Positions 43,053-56,900 of a stretch of DNA of 64,000 nt are shown here, piece by piece. A program made the position numbers and the translations under genes. Within the stretch, counting starts at the first letter, position 1. Each line of letters starts with the position of its first letter. Source of the stretch: Octopus vulgaris (Eukaryota); contig OX597831.1 of NCBI GenBank assembly GCA_951406725.2, forward strand, positions 64,232,001 through 64,296,000, written 5' to 3'. The notes beneath the pieces are model-generated. The model saw only the letters and a list, made by a program, of their open reading frames with translations. It did not search any database and was not told where the DNA came from.

Positions 43053-43702
43053 GAATGGACTGGGCGTATGTTATTGTGTTACCAGTATAAGAAAAGTTGT
43101 CTTTGGTTAGATTTATTAGTCCTCTCTACTTTGCATCCGTATTTTTCTTCTTTTTTTTTTTAACTTACTCTCTTTTAACAGGTTGCCTAGATGCAATTCC
43201 TAGGGTCCTTGTCAATTCTATTTCATTCCCACCTTATTTTTTGCATAATAAAGGGATCGAATTATTACACAAGAGGTCTGAGGTAGTTAGCAATAAAGTG
43301 GGACTGTGAGTTCATTTTAGTCTTATCACACAAAGAACTTATCAACATCTCCAGTGCTGGAGCTGCAAGAAAATGCACCCAGTACATTCTGTAAAATAGT
43401 TGGCAATAGGTAGGGCATCGAGCCATCAAAATCAAGCCAAAATGATATGAATGAACCCTAGTCTATGAGTAGTAGCAGCTCTCAATAAGAAAGGGCTTGG
43501 AGTGTGGTGCCCAGCCCAACAAATGCCAGTGTGGAAAGTGGATGCAAAACAGTAGCAGCATCCACCACCACCACTCATCTCCTGCTTGAATAAACTGCAA
43601 GAGGTGAAATGTGAAGACTTTGTCAACCAAATACATAATAATAAATTTGACTCTACTGTCATATTGGGTCGTATTCAAACTATCAAAGTCAACAGCAGTT
43701 AC

Positions 43703-43720
43703 TAATAATAATAATAATAA

Positions 43721-43751
<31 letters not shown>

Positions 43752-43986
43752 AAGAAGAAGAAGAAGAAGAAGAAGAAGAAGAAGAAGAAGAAGAAGAAGA
43801 AGAAGAAGAAGAAGAAGAAGAAGAAGAAGAAGAAGAAGAAGAAGAAGAAGAAGAAGAAGAAGAAGAAGAAGAAGAAGAAGAAGAAGAAGAAGAAGAAGAA
43901 GAAGAAGAAGAAGAAGAAGAAGAAGAAGAAGAAGAAGAAGAAGAAGAAGAAGAAGAAGAAGAAGAAGAAGAAGAAGAAGAAGAAGA
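43703..43986. repeat. (TAA)n followed by a pure (AAG)n tract of about 88 units in a PCGF3 intron
   Basis: Directly visible; source of the poly-K and poly-S ORFs. Confidence 0.98.
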
Positions 43987-44639
43987 ACCCATCACAGGTG
44001 CATTTAAGCTCAGCCGGTCTTTTCTCCTTTCTTTCATATTGCAGTAGATGATGACAGGCCCTACTCTGCTGTGCAGTAAGCTACCTGCCAGGAAAGTAAC
44101 CTTTACCATTATCAGTTTCAACCTCATTCATGCCATTGTTCAATGCATTTGTACTTGACATTTTCACTCACTGTGAGGGTTGTGGTGATACAACCACCAG
44201 TGTTTTTATTGAGACACCTCCCCCAGAGAACTTGCCAAACAAGGCTAAAGAGTCCACCCCAATCCAATGAGACAGACTTAACCCTGCCAGATACCAACCA
44301 AGTACCTCATGGTCTTGGGGTGGGCTTACAAGTACTACACTTAGCCCAAGAGTGACCTGGAGGTAGTTATGGCCTAAGGGTAACCTCATTATTCCCATAT
44401 TGAGATTCCACAGCCTGACACCATTGAACACCAATCCTAATCCTAACCCCAATGCAGTAAACACATGAGCAAAATCTCTGATGATATTCTATTACTTTCC
44501 TGAACTGGACTATGGAAGAACTAAGACACATAGACTGTAAAACCAGAAGGACAATGTCCACATATACAGCTAGAAAACTATTACAAAATAACCACCATAG
44601 GACTACAGGAATACCTACTTCAGAATTAAGGAAAACTAA

Positions 44640-45495
44640 TACAAACAGTCACAAAACACGAACAAAATAAAAAAACTGTTTTCAGACTTTAAGGAAGTTG
44701 AGAAATACAAACAAGAAGTCATACTACCAAACAACTATGAAGAAAAAGAAACAATAAAAGCTGTAAAACAACTGAAATCCAAACTAAAACTAGAACAGCA
44801 ATGGATCATAATAAAACAATGGCAAGAAAAGCACCATCATGGCAAATACTGGGTTAAACTAAATGCAAAAGAAATAGATAAAGCAAAATCCTAACAATGG
44901 TTAAGAAGCTCAGGACTCAAAGCAGAGACTGAAGGATTTTTAATTGCAGCACAAGACCAAAGCCTCCCCACCAGAAATTACTGAAAACATATAATGAAAA
45001 GAAACATAACAGAAACTGCAGAATATGTGGAGGTGGACAAAGAAGCAATAAATCATATTGTCTTTGGCTGCCCGGTCCTGGCTAAGAAGGAATATATTTA
45101 CAGACACGACAGAGTTGGGACCTACATACACTGGAAGTTATGCCAACACTATGGAATAACATCAGAAAAAAGATGGTATAGGCACACGCCAGACAAGGTC
45201 ACAAAAATGAGAAAGCAACAATATCATGGGATATGCCAATACACACAGATAGAAAAATTAAGGCCAATAGGCCAGATATAGTTATCAAAGATCAAGAAAA
45301 AATGCTTTCTAATCGATGTTTCAATACCAACAGATGACAACGTTTCTCCAAAAGAAGTGAAGAAACTTTCAAAATACAAAGACCTGGAAATAGAGGTAAC
45401 TCGAATGTGAAATCTAAAAACAGAAACAATTCCTATCAAAGTGGGCACATGAGGTATGATAAAAAAAAAATTTAGACAAATACATAATAAAAACA
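44640..45495 (+). mobile_element. Degenerate R4/Dong-clade non-LTR retrotransposon (zinc knuckle plus restriction-like endonuclease)
   Basis: LKAETEGFLIAAQDQSL, CRICGG..EAINHIVFGCPVLA..YIYRHDRV, RPDIV..LIDVSIP..KLSKYKDL; contains stop codons and frameshifts. Confidence 0.88.
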
Positions 45496-46484
45496 TAACT
45501 GATACTTTATTCTATCAGCCCTGGAAGAATGAAAGGCAAAGTTGATTTTAGTGGGCTGTGAACTCTGACCATAAAGAGGAAGAAATATCTTGAGGCATTT
45601 TGTCGGACGCTCTAACAATTCCACCAGCTTGCCATGTTTTGATGATGGTTTCTGATTAAGGTGAAAGACCAGCAATTTTTAGGGAAGAGAAGTTGATACA
45701 ACTGACCCCAGTATTTTACTGATACTTTACTTCATCAACCCCAACTGAATGAAAAGCAAAGCTGACCTCAGTGGGGTTTGAACTTGGAACATAAAGGGCT
45801 GTAATTAAATACTACAATGCACTATATCTTATTTCTTTACTGCCCTCAAGGGGCTACACACAGAGGGGACAAACAAGGACAGACAAACGGATTAAGTCGA
45901 TTATATCGACCCCAGTGCATAACTGGTACTTATTTAATGGACTCCGAAAGGATGAAAGGCAAAGTTGGCCTTGGTGGAATTTGAACTCAGAACGTAGCGG
46001 CAGACGAAATACCTATTTCTTTATTACCCACAAGGGGCTAAACATAGAGGGGACAAACAAGGACATACATAGGTATTAAGTCGATTACATTGACCCCCAG
46101 TGTGTAACTGGTACTTAATTTTATGGACCCCGAAAGGATGAAAAGCAAAGTCAACCTCAGCGAAATTTGAACTCAGAGCGTAACAGCAGACAAAATACCG
46201 CTAAGCATTTCGCCTGGCGTGCTAACGTTTCTGCCAGCTCGCTGCCCTATACAATGCACTGTATCTGACACTTTCACACTTCTACCAATAATAATAATAA
46301 TTTTTTTTTTTTCCTTTATCACTGCTACCCACACACCTTCGTACAAGAAAAATGTTATCAAGAGAGGTTATCATACATATTAAGGATGGATAGTTATATA
46401 AAAATGTAAGGATGCATAATTATACAATGACTTCTAGCAGTGGCACAAATAATTGTGGCTGAAATTAAGAAGAGAACCACTCAC

Positions 46485-46581
46485 CTGATGTAATTAAGTG
46501 GGTGACTCTGATGAATCACAATTTCACAAGTAGGGCAAGTGTTATTGTCATCCAGGTACTGAACCAAACAGCTTTTGCAGA
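46485..46581 (-). CDS. PCGF3: PCGF3 coding exon 2 (FCKSCLVQYLDDNNTCPTCEIVIHQSHPLNYI)
   Basis: 97 nt, ttacag acceptor and GTGAGT donor; completes the C3HC4 RING in frame with exon 1. Confidence 0.95.
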
Positions 46582-48077
46582 CTGTAAGATAAAAGTATAA
46601 AACCATTTAATAATCACCAAAATCAATGTTTATATCGAATGAAAAATTTAGACTGTTCAATACATTTGTGTTGTTTTTCTTGATGTGTTGCTCCAGCTGG
46701 TCCAAACCAACTAGACATGAGTTATGTAGGTAGGGAGGGAGTGAACAGTTGGGATCTGTAGATTTATCCATCACCACAGAGTGAGGATTGGATTGAACAC
46801 ACAATGTGTAATTTTCTTTTTTTATTATCAATGGCACGTAAAAAGCACCCTCTACACTCGCGGAGTGGTTGGCGTTAGGAAGGGCATCCAGCCGTAGAAA
46901 CCTTGCCAGATCAGACAGGAGCCTGGTGCAGCCTTCTGGCCTCCCAGACCCCAGTTGAACCATCCAACCCATGCTAGCATGGAAAGCGGACGCTAAACGA
47001 TGATGATGATGATGAACTTGTGCTTTAAGACCATTTTCCCTGTTATGGTGGGGCTAGCTTTGTAGGCCCCTTTACAGCCTAAATCATATTCATCATTGCA
47101 CACTTTTTTCAGGCAGTGTTTAACAGCTAGATACCCTCCCAATTGCCAACCCTTTTAACTGACCCTTACAACAAGCAGTGATACTATGCTCCTGTTCTAT
47201 AGTATCCGTACTGTCAACCAACTAATCCTACTTGGATTATTCTCCTTGCTTGTTGATTTAGATATTAAATAACTTCTGGGGTGACTTTTGTCTGATAACT
47301 GATTGCATAAGCTGATCAAAGTTTTCCAGTTCTACATTATAAGTATGAAAACTAACCAATATGTATATTTAGTATACAAAATACTCCTAAGGTGGTTTTC
47401 ATGTGCTTACCAACGTCGCTTCACTGGTACCTGTGCCAGTGGCACATATAAAAGAATTCGAGCGAGGTCATTGCCAGTACCGACTGACTGGCACCCGTGC
47501 CGGTGGCATGTAAAAAAGCACCTACTACACACTTGGAATGGTTGGCATTAGGAAGGGCATCCAGCTGTAGAAACTCTGCCAGATCAAGATTGGAGCCTGG
47601 TGCAGCCATCTGGTTCGCCAGCCCTCAGTCAAAATCGTCCAACCCATGCTAGCATGGAAGGCGAACATTAAACGATGATGATGATGCCTAATCAGTTTCA
47701 TTATATAATTTTTGTCTCTCTATGTTGATCACTTTTAGCTTTGCCAAATTTACTTGCAAAATAAAAATCTACCCAGAGCTGAAAAAATTAAGGAACTGTG
47801 TTTAGAATGTTATAGGTATTGTAAACCAACAACTGGCAAGAGCCAGCAAGAGAGTCTCTATGTGCATGCTTGATTTACTAAAAGTAGCAGCTAAATCTCC
47901 CTTAAATCATACTTTACCATCTTAAATCATATTTTGCCATCTTAAAAAATAATAAACTACGCCTGGAAAATAAAAAGAAAATAGTCACAACTTAACCACT
48001 TTTGATCATAGGTTTGTTTAACCCTTTCATTACTGTATTTATTTTGAGATGCTCTGGGTTTCTTTCAATTACTTTAA

Positions 48078-48296
48078 CCCTTTAGTATTTAAACCGGCCA
48101 TATCCGGCCAAAATATTTAATCTGTTTTATGTTCAAACTGACCAGATCCAGGCTCTTACACCTACCCTACAATGTTATTCTACATTAAGTAATTACACCA
48201 TCAAGATCTTGAAGATATGAGATAATGCATGATTAATTCAAATCAATGGGAATCAATAGGCATTATGTTTGATAGAATAATCTGAACACTAAAGGG
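48078..48296. mobile_element. piggyBac-like TTAA MITE family 2, nested in a family 1 copy. Other copies at 56213-56432 and 57961-58181
   Basis: TTAA|CCCTTTAG...CTAAAGGG|TTAA with AAACCGGCCATATCCGGCC; removing it restores family 1. Confidence 0.88.
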
Positions 48297-48726
48297 TTAA
48301 ATATAACAAGGAATTTAGTAAAATGACTTAGTTATCATTAAGCTAGTGTTAGGAACATAAATTGTGACTAAGGCTTGGTGAAGGATTTTAATTCAAAACT
48401 TATGAAAAAAAGACATTTGTACTGAGAGCCAGAGCCGGTTTCAGCCGGGTTGGTAACGAAAGGGTTAATCAGAATCTTTGGGCTAAACAACAAAGATAGC
48501 TATCTACCACTTAGATAAACTGTTATTGCTACTAAGCCTAATATTGTCACTAAGAGGGCCGAAGTATAACTGCAAAGGCATTCGCAAACCAGCAATGGCT
48601 GAAAACATTTCTCAAGACCAGAAAAATAAAGAAGGTATCAAAGAATTAAAATAAACAAACGAAGACAATCATCTAATTGGCAAACGCTGAGAATAGTTGT
48701 ACAATAAAACAAAGAACTTCACTTAC

Positions 48727-48835
48727 ATGTGTGCAGACATTCTGTGATGGTGGTCGCATCAATGAGGTAGCCAGAACACAGTGTGCATGTAATGTGAACA
48801 TTGACTGACTTCAAACGAATTCTCCGCTCCATCAT
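48727..48835 (-). CDS. PCGF3: PCGF3-like Polycomb group RING finger protein, coding exon 1 (MMERRIRLKSVNVHITCTLCSGYLIDATTITECLHT)
   Basis: RING N-half resembling PCGF3 (HITCxLCSGYLIDATTxTECLHT). Acceptor tttcag precedes the exon start at 48861; donor GTAAGT at 48726-48721, phase 1. Confidence 0.93.
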
Positions 48836-49018
48836 GGTGTCAGAAGAACTGACATCCTCATCTGAAATAGAAAAAAAATGTGCATCAAAGATAGTGTTAA
48901 CACAAAGATACTGCAATCCTTCAGTTTTTCTAAAGCCCTGTAAAAGCACACAGAAGGTTGGGCCTCCAACCAGGCTTTTTGCGATACCTTTTTCGGCAGA
49001 CCCTCCTATGTGTGTATA

Positions 49019-49064
<46 letters not shown>

Positions 49065-50958
49065 CTTACATGCATGCATGTATGTATGTATGCATGCATG
49101 CATCTATATACATGTGTGTGTGCGTGTGTGTGTCTTTTATCTTCTGTTTATCTGATTCTGTCATTAGACTGCGGTCATGCTGGGGCACTGCCTTGACCCC
49201 CCAGTACTTTTTTCTTTAAACCTGGTACTTCTCTAACCATCTCTTTTAGCAAACTGCTAAGTTACAGCGACATAAACACACGCATATATGTACGATGGGC
49301 TTCTTTTAGTTTCCATTCATCAAATCCACTCACAATACTTTGATTAGCCTGAGGCTCAAGGTGACCCACAGTGAGACTGAACTCAGAACCATGTGGTTGG
49401 GAAGCAAACTTCTAACCACACAGCCACACTTCTGTGTGTGTGTGTGTGTGCATGTGCTTATACAGATTTCTACACATTTTCTTTCCTTCTTATATAGTTT
49501 TTTTTCTTTTTACTTAAAATATACACACTTCTTATTAACACACTCATTTGCACTTTTGTACAAACTGTAAATGCTCAGTTACAACTTAGTCTTTCTAATA
49601 GTTGGAAGACGTTCTTTCCTTTATCATGTAAACACCATTTCTATTTCCAGGTAGTTTTCTTTATCACACCAACAGTGTCAAAGATCTGTACTAAGTACAG
49701 ATCTACCAAGCACTAGTACGAACGATTCTCCTTTACGGCAGCGAGTCATGGCCAATGAGGGGGGAAGATATTAAGTGACTAGAATCCTTTGATCACCTCT
49801 GTCTACGCCGCATCCTTCATGTCCGATGACATAACTATAAAATAGCTTATTTGCTTTTCTTTTGACAAAGTATAAGGCCAAATTGCTTAGGTAAGATAGT
49901 AAAATCAATCAAGTAATATAAGAGACACTTATTTCATTGACTCAAAAAGAATTACAATCAAAGTCAAGTATGGCAGGATTTGAACCCAAATGCAAGAGAC
50001 CACAGACTAAAAGCTGTAAAGCTTTCGGTGTAATGTTTTCCTATTTGAACTCATCCCGTTGTTCTGATTATAATCAAACATAAAAGTAACAATAGCTATT
50101 CAGATTAAATTATGCTAGTAAAGTGAGACTCGTTAGCCTAACCTTGCTCTTTCTAATTTAATTACAATCCACAGTATATCATTAAGTATTTATTTATTCT
50201 GTTTATTGGGGTTTTTTATTTGGTAGTATTGGTTCAAAAGATGACTACTACAGCCTCTTCTGATAATGTTCTTTATTACCATCAAAGAAACTTTTCAGAA
50301 AAACCACATAATCAATAATACATTTCAAACCACACTTCCAACAATTTAGCTGATATTTTTCAATAAACTATATTAATAAAAAATAGATATTAATCTATTT
50401 CCAATCACTGTTAATTATATTTATAATAAGTCATATAATAATTTGAGAAAAGAAATTGTAATTAAGGAACAGAAAAGGATGAGTGTCTACAACAAAAGGC
50501 GCAGGAGTGGCTGTGTGGTAAGCAGCTTGCTAACCAACCACATGGTTCCAGGTTCAGTACCACTGCGTGGCATCTTGGGCAAGTGTCTTCTGCTATAGCC
50601 CCGGGTCGACCAATGCCTTGTGAGTGGATTTGGTAGACGGAAACTGAAAGAAGCCTGTCGTATATATGTATATATATATATGTGTGTGTGTGTGCGTGTG
50701 TTTGTGTGTGTGTGTTTGTCCCCCTAGCATTACTTGACAACCGATGCTGGTGTGTTTACGTCCCCGTCCATTAGCGGTTCGGCAAAAGAGACCGATAGAA
50801 TAAGTACTGGGCTTACAAAAGAATAAGTCCTGGGGTCGATTTGCTCGACTAAAGGTGGTGCTCCAGCATGACCGCAGTCAAATGACTGAAACAAGTAAAA
50901 GAGTAAAAGAGAGAGTAAAAGAGTATATTACATCACCAATCTTTTAGCTGTCAGAAAC

Positions 50959-50997
<39 letters not shown>

Positions 50998-53900
50998 GGT
51001 GGCGAGCTGGCAGACTCATTAGTGGGCTGGGCAAAATGCTTAGCGGCATTTCACCCGTCCTTACGTTCTGAGTTCAAATTCCACCGGGGTCAACTTTGCT
51101 TTCATCCTTTCGAGGTCAATAAATCAAGTACCAGTAGAGTACTGAGGTCAATGTAATTGACTCATCCCCCTCCTCTAAAATTGCTGCCCTTGTGGCAAAA
51201 TTTGAAATCATTATTATTATTATTATTATTATTGAGTGAGAGAGCAGTGCATGCCATCAAAGTGACACTGGGGTAAAATATACAAAGCCCAGCATATCCA
51301 TCTAATAAGGGTACACCAGGCACATGAATCTCAACCACATGTGCGCGACATGGTGACGACGACGACAGCATTTTGTTTCTTAGTGATCTCTGACAACTAT
51401 ATCCAGCCTATTAGCCTTGATTTCTTTATCCATGTGTATAGGCATATCTCAGAATATGGTTGCTTTCGCATTTTTTTGTGACCTTTTTCTTGCGTGTTCC
51501 TATACCATCTTACCTGGCAGAACCATTAGCAAGTTGAGCAAAATGCTTAGCAGCATTTCATCTATCTTTATGTTCTGAGTTCAAATGCTGCCACGATTAA
51601 ACACTGGGGCCAATGTAATTGACTTATCTCCTCCCCCGAAATTGCTGGCCTTGTACCAAAATTTGAAACCATTATTATTACTGTAGTTGCCCGCAACAAT
51701 TTACAAATACACCAAAAGTTAACTATTATTTACTACTACATTGATTGTTTTCTTCCAGTTATAAATAAATACTCCCGAAGTTTTGGGGATTATTTATTTA
51801 CAACTCCAAACAATATTGTCTTCAACCCTTTCATTATCGTATTTATTTTGAGATGCTCTGTATTTCTTTCAATTACTTTAAATATAACAAAGAATTTAGT
51901 AAAATAACTTAAGTTATCATTAAGCTAGTGTTAGGAACATAAATTGTGACTAAGGTTTGGTGGAAGATTTTAATTCAACACTTATGAATATAAGACATTT
52001 GTACTCAGAGCCAGAGCCGGTTTCAGTCGGGTTGGTAATGAAAGGGTTAAGCCATGAAATGCCAGACAAAGACTTATTAATGTATTAGACACAGGTTCCC
52101 CATTAAAAAAAAATAATCTAAGGTTAAGAGAACATTAACTCTTCATATCTTGTGCAAAGACTATTACTGACTGAAAGATCTTCTCAAAAGTTGCCTTTTC
52201 CTTAAGTCAAAGAATTTTTAACTAATTTTTTTGCTTTTTCATGGAAATAAAAGAAAAACAGAGAAACTATAATTCAACTACTATTAATACAGAAAACATT
52301 AAATTGTCATCATCAAACAACATTTAAAAGTCACTTGAAGCCGACTAATCAACAAAATTGTTAACTTTTAATAATGAAGTGGAAAGCATCTAAGAAAACA
52401 ACACATAATTAATGTTAAATTAATTGAGTGTTTAGTAATTAGATAGAGCTGAGGCAAACTTCTCTGCATAGCTAGAAGAATAGTATCATTTTTATCACTG
52501 ACTACATTTAACCGTTTGACTCAATGTATTTTTAATACTCAATACATCTTCATGGCTTCAACATCTTCGTTCTTAAAATATTCTGTTTTGTGTGTTAGTG
52601 ATGATGAAGATGTAAGCAAAAGAGAAATGCTGACAGAAGCTGCATTCAAATCAATATAATGTTCAGTTGTGCCTCTACAATCGGTTCGGGGCCCCTTCAG
52701 TCACGACACTGACCATGGGATTGCACCTAGAAAGTTACCCTCCTAGTCTGGGCAAGGTGGTTTATGGAAGACCAGCAGTCACCCATGCATACCGGCCTCC
52801 ACTCTCCATGCCACCAGTGTTATCCAAGGGAAAGGCAAAGGGGCTGATACAGCTTGGCACCCATGATACCGCAACTCATTTCTACAGCTGAGTTAACTGG
52901 AGCAACGTGAAATAAAGTGTCTTGCTCAAGAACACAACACACAGCCCAGTCTGAGATTCGAGCTCACAACCTCCCGATCGTAAACGCGACGCTCTAACCA
53001 GAGCCATGCCTCTACAATACATCTCTATAAATTATGCACATTGTACCCAGATTGGTTAATTCAGGAAAAAAAAAATCATATCTCAGGTTAAAATAATCAG
53101 TGGTTGAGGGCTTGTTTGAACCACAATTTTAAGGGCTATCAGCTGGAACCAAAGTTATTTGTTTTATTTTTTTTGTTTATGGGGGTCTGAGTTCACACAA
53201 CCAAATCAAGCATATCAACCAAAATTGCCTTTTCAGTGTATTGCGGTTAAAAACGATCATCTGCAAGATCTCACCAGCTTTCAATCAAGGATAGCATCTT
53301 TGACATCTCCAGAAGAATGTCCATCGTGTCACATCCAGCAACTACTTTGAAACGTCCCACCCTGAATTGTTCTGTTTGTGTATGAAGTTGGTCATAAAGC
53401 TCAATCTTCCAAACATAAGGTGTCTGCTTTGACAGAAGCACAATCAAGAATCAAATCGCTATATTACTGACTGGTCTGTGTCACGCAGAGTTATTGTTTA
53501 GCATTGTTGTTTCAATATTTGTTGTGAATAATAAGTGATCAGTTTTCATGATTTAGTGCAAATGATTTTGATTTTTTCTGTGGTAGCAGTTTTAGGGGGT
53601 AGCAGTTTTCATTGTATTTTTCACTTTTTGGGGTGGGGTGGGGAGTAGACTATGGTAAAGTTTCAATCCAGGGATTTGTTGGGAATATTTTCTTTTTGCT
53701 ATCTTTGGCCCTTCTTCAATTTCGGCAAAATCCTCCAAGCTGAAATCCAATCTTCCTAATCAGATTTTTATCCCATAAAATGGGCTAAAAACCAAAAAGG
53801 TGTATTTAAGATCAATTATTTCAAGAAATTTATTAGGTTTTGAGTCCATTTTATGTTTCCTGTTTTTATACTTGTTTAATCATGTTGGGGGTCAATAACT

Positions 53901-56900
53901 ACTGATGTTACCCAAACTTGGTTGGTTTTGATGTTTGGTACCCAAATTGCACTTTCTGTGCAGCCTTTTAACCCCTTTGAACTGATTTTTTTCCACAGTT
54001 TACATAAAAAGTTGAGGATGTCAAATATGTTAACCCTTAATGTCAAAATTTGTCATCTTTTTTTTTTAATTATCAAGTTTGAGGGGGTTTTTCTAAAAAT
54101 TTGGATATTTTTCATGCATCCCCTATTTTCTCAAATTTATGTTGGCCTATGCACTCTAGGCTGTAGCTTGACTGAAAGACAATAAAACATGCTTCTAAAT
54201 AAGTTCAAACAGAAGTTAAAAATCGTTTTTTGTGAAAGAAAACATGTTTAATCTTATGATACTCCAAAAAAAAAAACATAAATTTTGATAAATTGGTCAA
54301 TTTTAAAGAGCTATAAAAATTGAACCGTACATTATTTTAAACTTTGGCTTTTTGCTTTGTAATCTCTTGAGTTTAGAGAAGCAGAAAATAAGCATTTTAA
54401 ACATCTGGGGGAAACTTCCAAAAATGATAAATTCCCATTCTGGGCACAATGTGTTATGCTCCATCAAAAATCCAGGTGCAGGTGTGGCTGTGTGGTAAGA
54501 AGCTTGTTTCCCAACCACATGACACCTTGGGCAAGTGTCTTCTGCTATAGCCTCGGGCCAATGAAAGCCTTGTGAGTGGATTTGGTAGACAGAAACTGAA
54601 AGAACCCTGTCATGTGCGCGTGTGAGTGTGTGTGTGTGTGTGTGTGCGTGTGTGTGTGTGTTTTGTCTCCCACCACCACTTGACAACCAGTGTTGATGTG
54701 TTTACATCCCCATAACTTAGCAGTTCAACAAAAGTGATCAACAGAATAAGTACCAGACCGTAAAAAAAAAAGTACTGGAGCTGAGTCATTCAAATGCAAT
54801 TCTTCCAGGTGGTGCCCCAGCATCACTGCAGTCTAATGACTGAAATCAGTAAAAGAAAAAGATAAAAGACAGACATGGAATTGACAAAGGATCAGATGAG
54901 AAGACAAACAGGTAAACTTCCTTCTCAATATTAAATGGTCAAACAGCATTGGCAACACACAACTTTACAAAACCCTAACCCTAACATCACAACAGCAGAT
55001 AACTGAGCATTGGTATTGTGCAGGCTCACTGATGTCTGTGTGAACACATTTTCAGAAAGAATGGCTTCCGTACCCGTGGCACGTAAAAGGACACCATTCG
55101 AGAGTGATCGTTACCAACGTCGCTTCACTGGGACCTGTGCCGGTGATATGTGTAAAAAGATTCGAGCGAGGGCATTGCCGGCACCGCCTGACTGGCCCCC
55201 GTGAAGGTGGCATGTAAAAAGCACCCACTACACTCTCGGAGTGGTTGGCATTAGGAAGGGCATCCAGCTGTAGAAACTCTGCCAGATCAAGACTGGAGCC
55301 TGGTGCAGCCATCTGGTTGCCAGCCCTCAGTCAAAATCGTCCAACCCATGCTAGCATGGAAAACGGACGTTAAATGATGATGATGATGAATGGACTGCAG
55401 AACACCCATTAACACCCACATCAAGGCAACAGGGCTTGAGAAATTTCAGAATGATTCCCAGATAGACAATGTGTGCCAAGTATTAGACTCTTCGGTACAG
55501 TTTATATATGATCAAATATACATGACCATATACCAGGTTCAATAAACTTATATCTATACAGACCCAAGGGCTAATATTTGAAGAGCACTGGTGGAATTCA
55601 TCATCATCATCGTTTAACATCCGCTTTCCATACTGGCATGGGTTGGACGGTTTGACTGAGGACTATTGAGCCAGAGGCTGCACCAGACTCAATCTGGTCT
55701 GGCAAAGGTTCTACAGCTGGATGCCCTTCCTAATGCCAACAAGTTATGTATGCACAAAAATTTTCTCAATATTCTTTCTCATATCAACAGACCATACCTC
55801 ACAAAGTAGTTGAAGTCATCACTGACTGATAGAATTGCAAGGACACGCTAAACTTAGATAATGGGCATCTATACCAAACCAAAATATAATGAATTCAAAT
55901 TCTGGCACAAGGCCAGCAATTTCAAGGGAAGAGGCAAGTCAATTACATTAACCCCAGTGCTCAGCTGGTACTTATCTTATTGATCCTGAAAGGATGAAAA
56001 CCAAAGTTAACCTTGGTGAAATCAGAACTCCGAACACAAAGACAGATGAAATGCCACTAAGCATTTTGCCAAGCATGCTAACAATTCTACCAGCTTGCCA
56101 CCTTCAAGCCAAACCATGATATAATACAGGCAAGACTCCAGCTGGCCATTCACAAACAACAACCAACTGAATTTGTGGATCAATTTCTTCAAGCCTTGAA
56201 ACTACTAGTTAACCCTTAAGTGTTTAAACCGGCCATATCTGGCCCAAATATTCTACATGTTTTATATTCAAACTGGCCATATCTAGCCTCTCACACCTAA
56301 CCTACATTGACATTCTAAAAATAAACAATCACATCATTGAAACCTCAAAGCTATAAGATAATGCATGATTAATACAAAACAATTTAAGTGAAAAAGTATT
56401 ACATTTAACAGAGTAATCTGAACACTAAAGGGTTAAAGAATAGAACTTTAAAACAATTGGAAGTATATACCAAAAAAAAAAATTAATAGTGGACAGTTTT
56501 ATTTCTGGAAAACCATCAGCAGAAATGTGGCTCAAAGAACTTGAGGATAGATTTTAGAATCGCAGTTTCATAAACCAGAGCTTAACACTAAAATACTCCA
56601 GCATCAATAATCAGGATGTGTTTTTATACATTAATACTATTACAAGAGGACAGCAAACAGGAATGTGTAACTAACATATTAAACATTCAGAAGGCCAGCA
56701 TAAACCAGGTAGACCCTTTTTCCCAACATAATATCTTGAACTGTAGGTTGTTCTTCTGCTTTATGGGAGCATCTTTTGAGTCAATACACTTTTTAATGTT
56801 ACAATTAACACGAATTAACATACGCTTTGATTAACAGTGAAAGAACTGACAATTTATCCAAGGTGATGTTACTAAAGCAGAATGATTTAGTCATTAAACT

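Noticed and set aside
43611-44127. Poly-K and poly-S ORFs
   Set aside because: Translations of the (AAG)n tract.
48862-49099. Long N-terminal extension of PCGF3 given in the ORF track
   Set aside because: It reads through intron and microsatellite sequence; a splice acceptor lies at 48862-48863.
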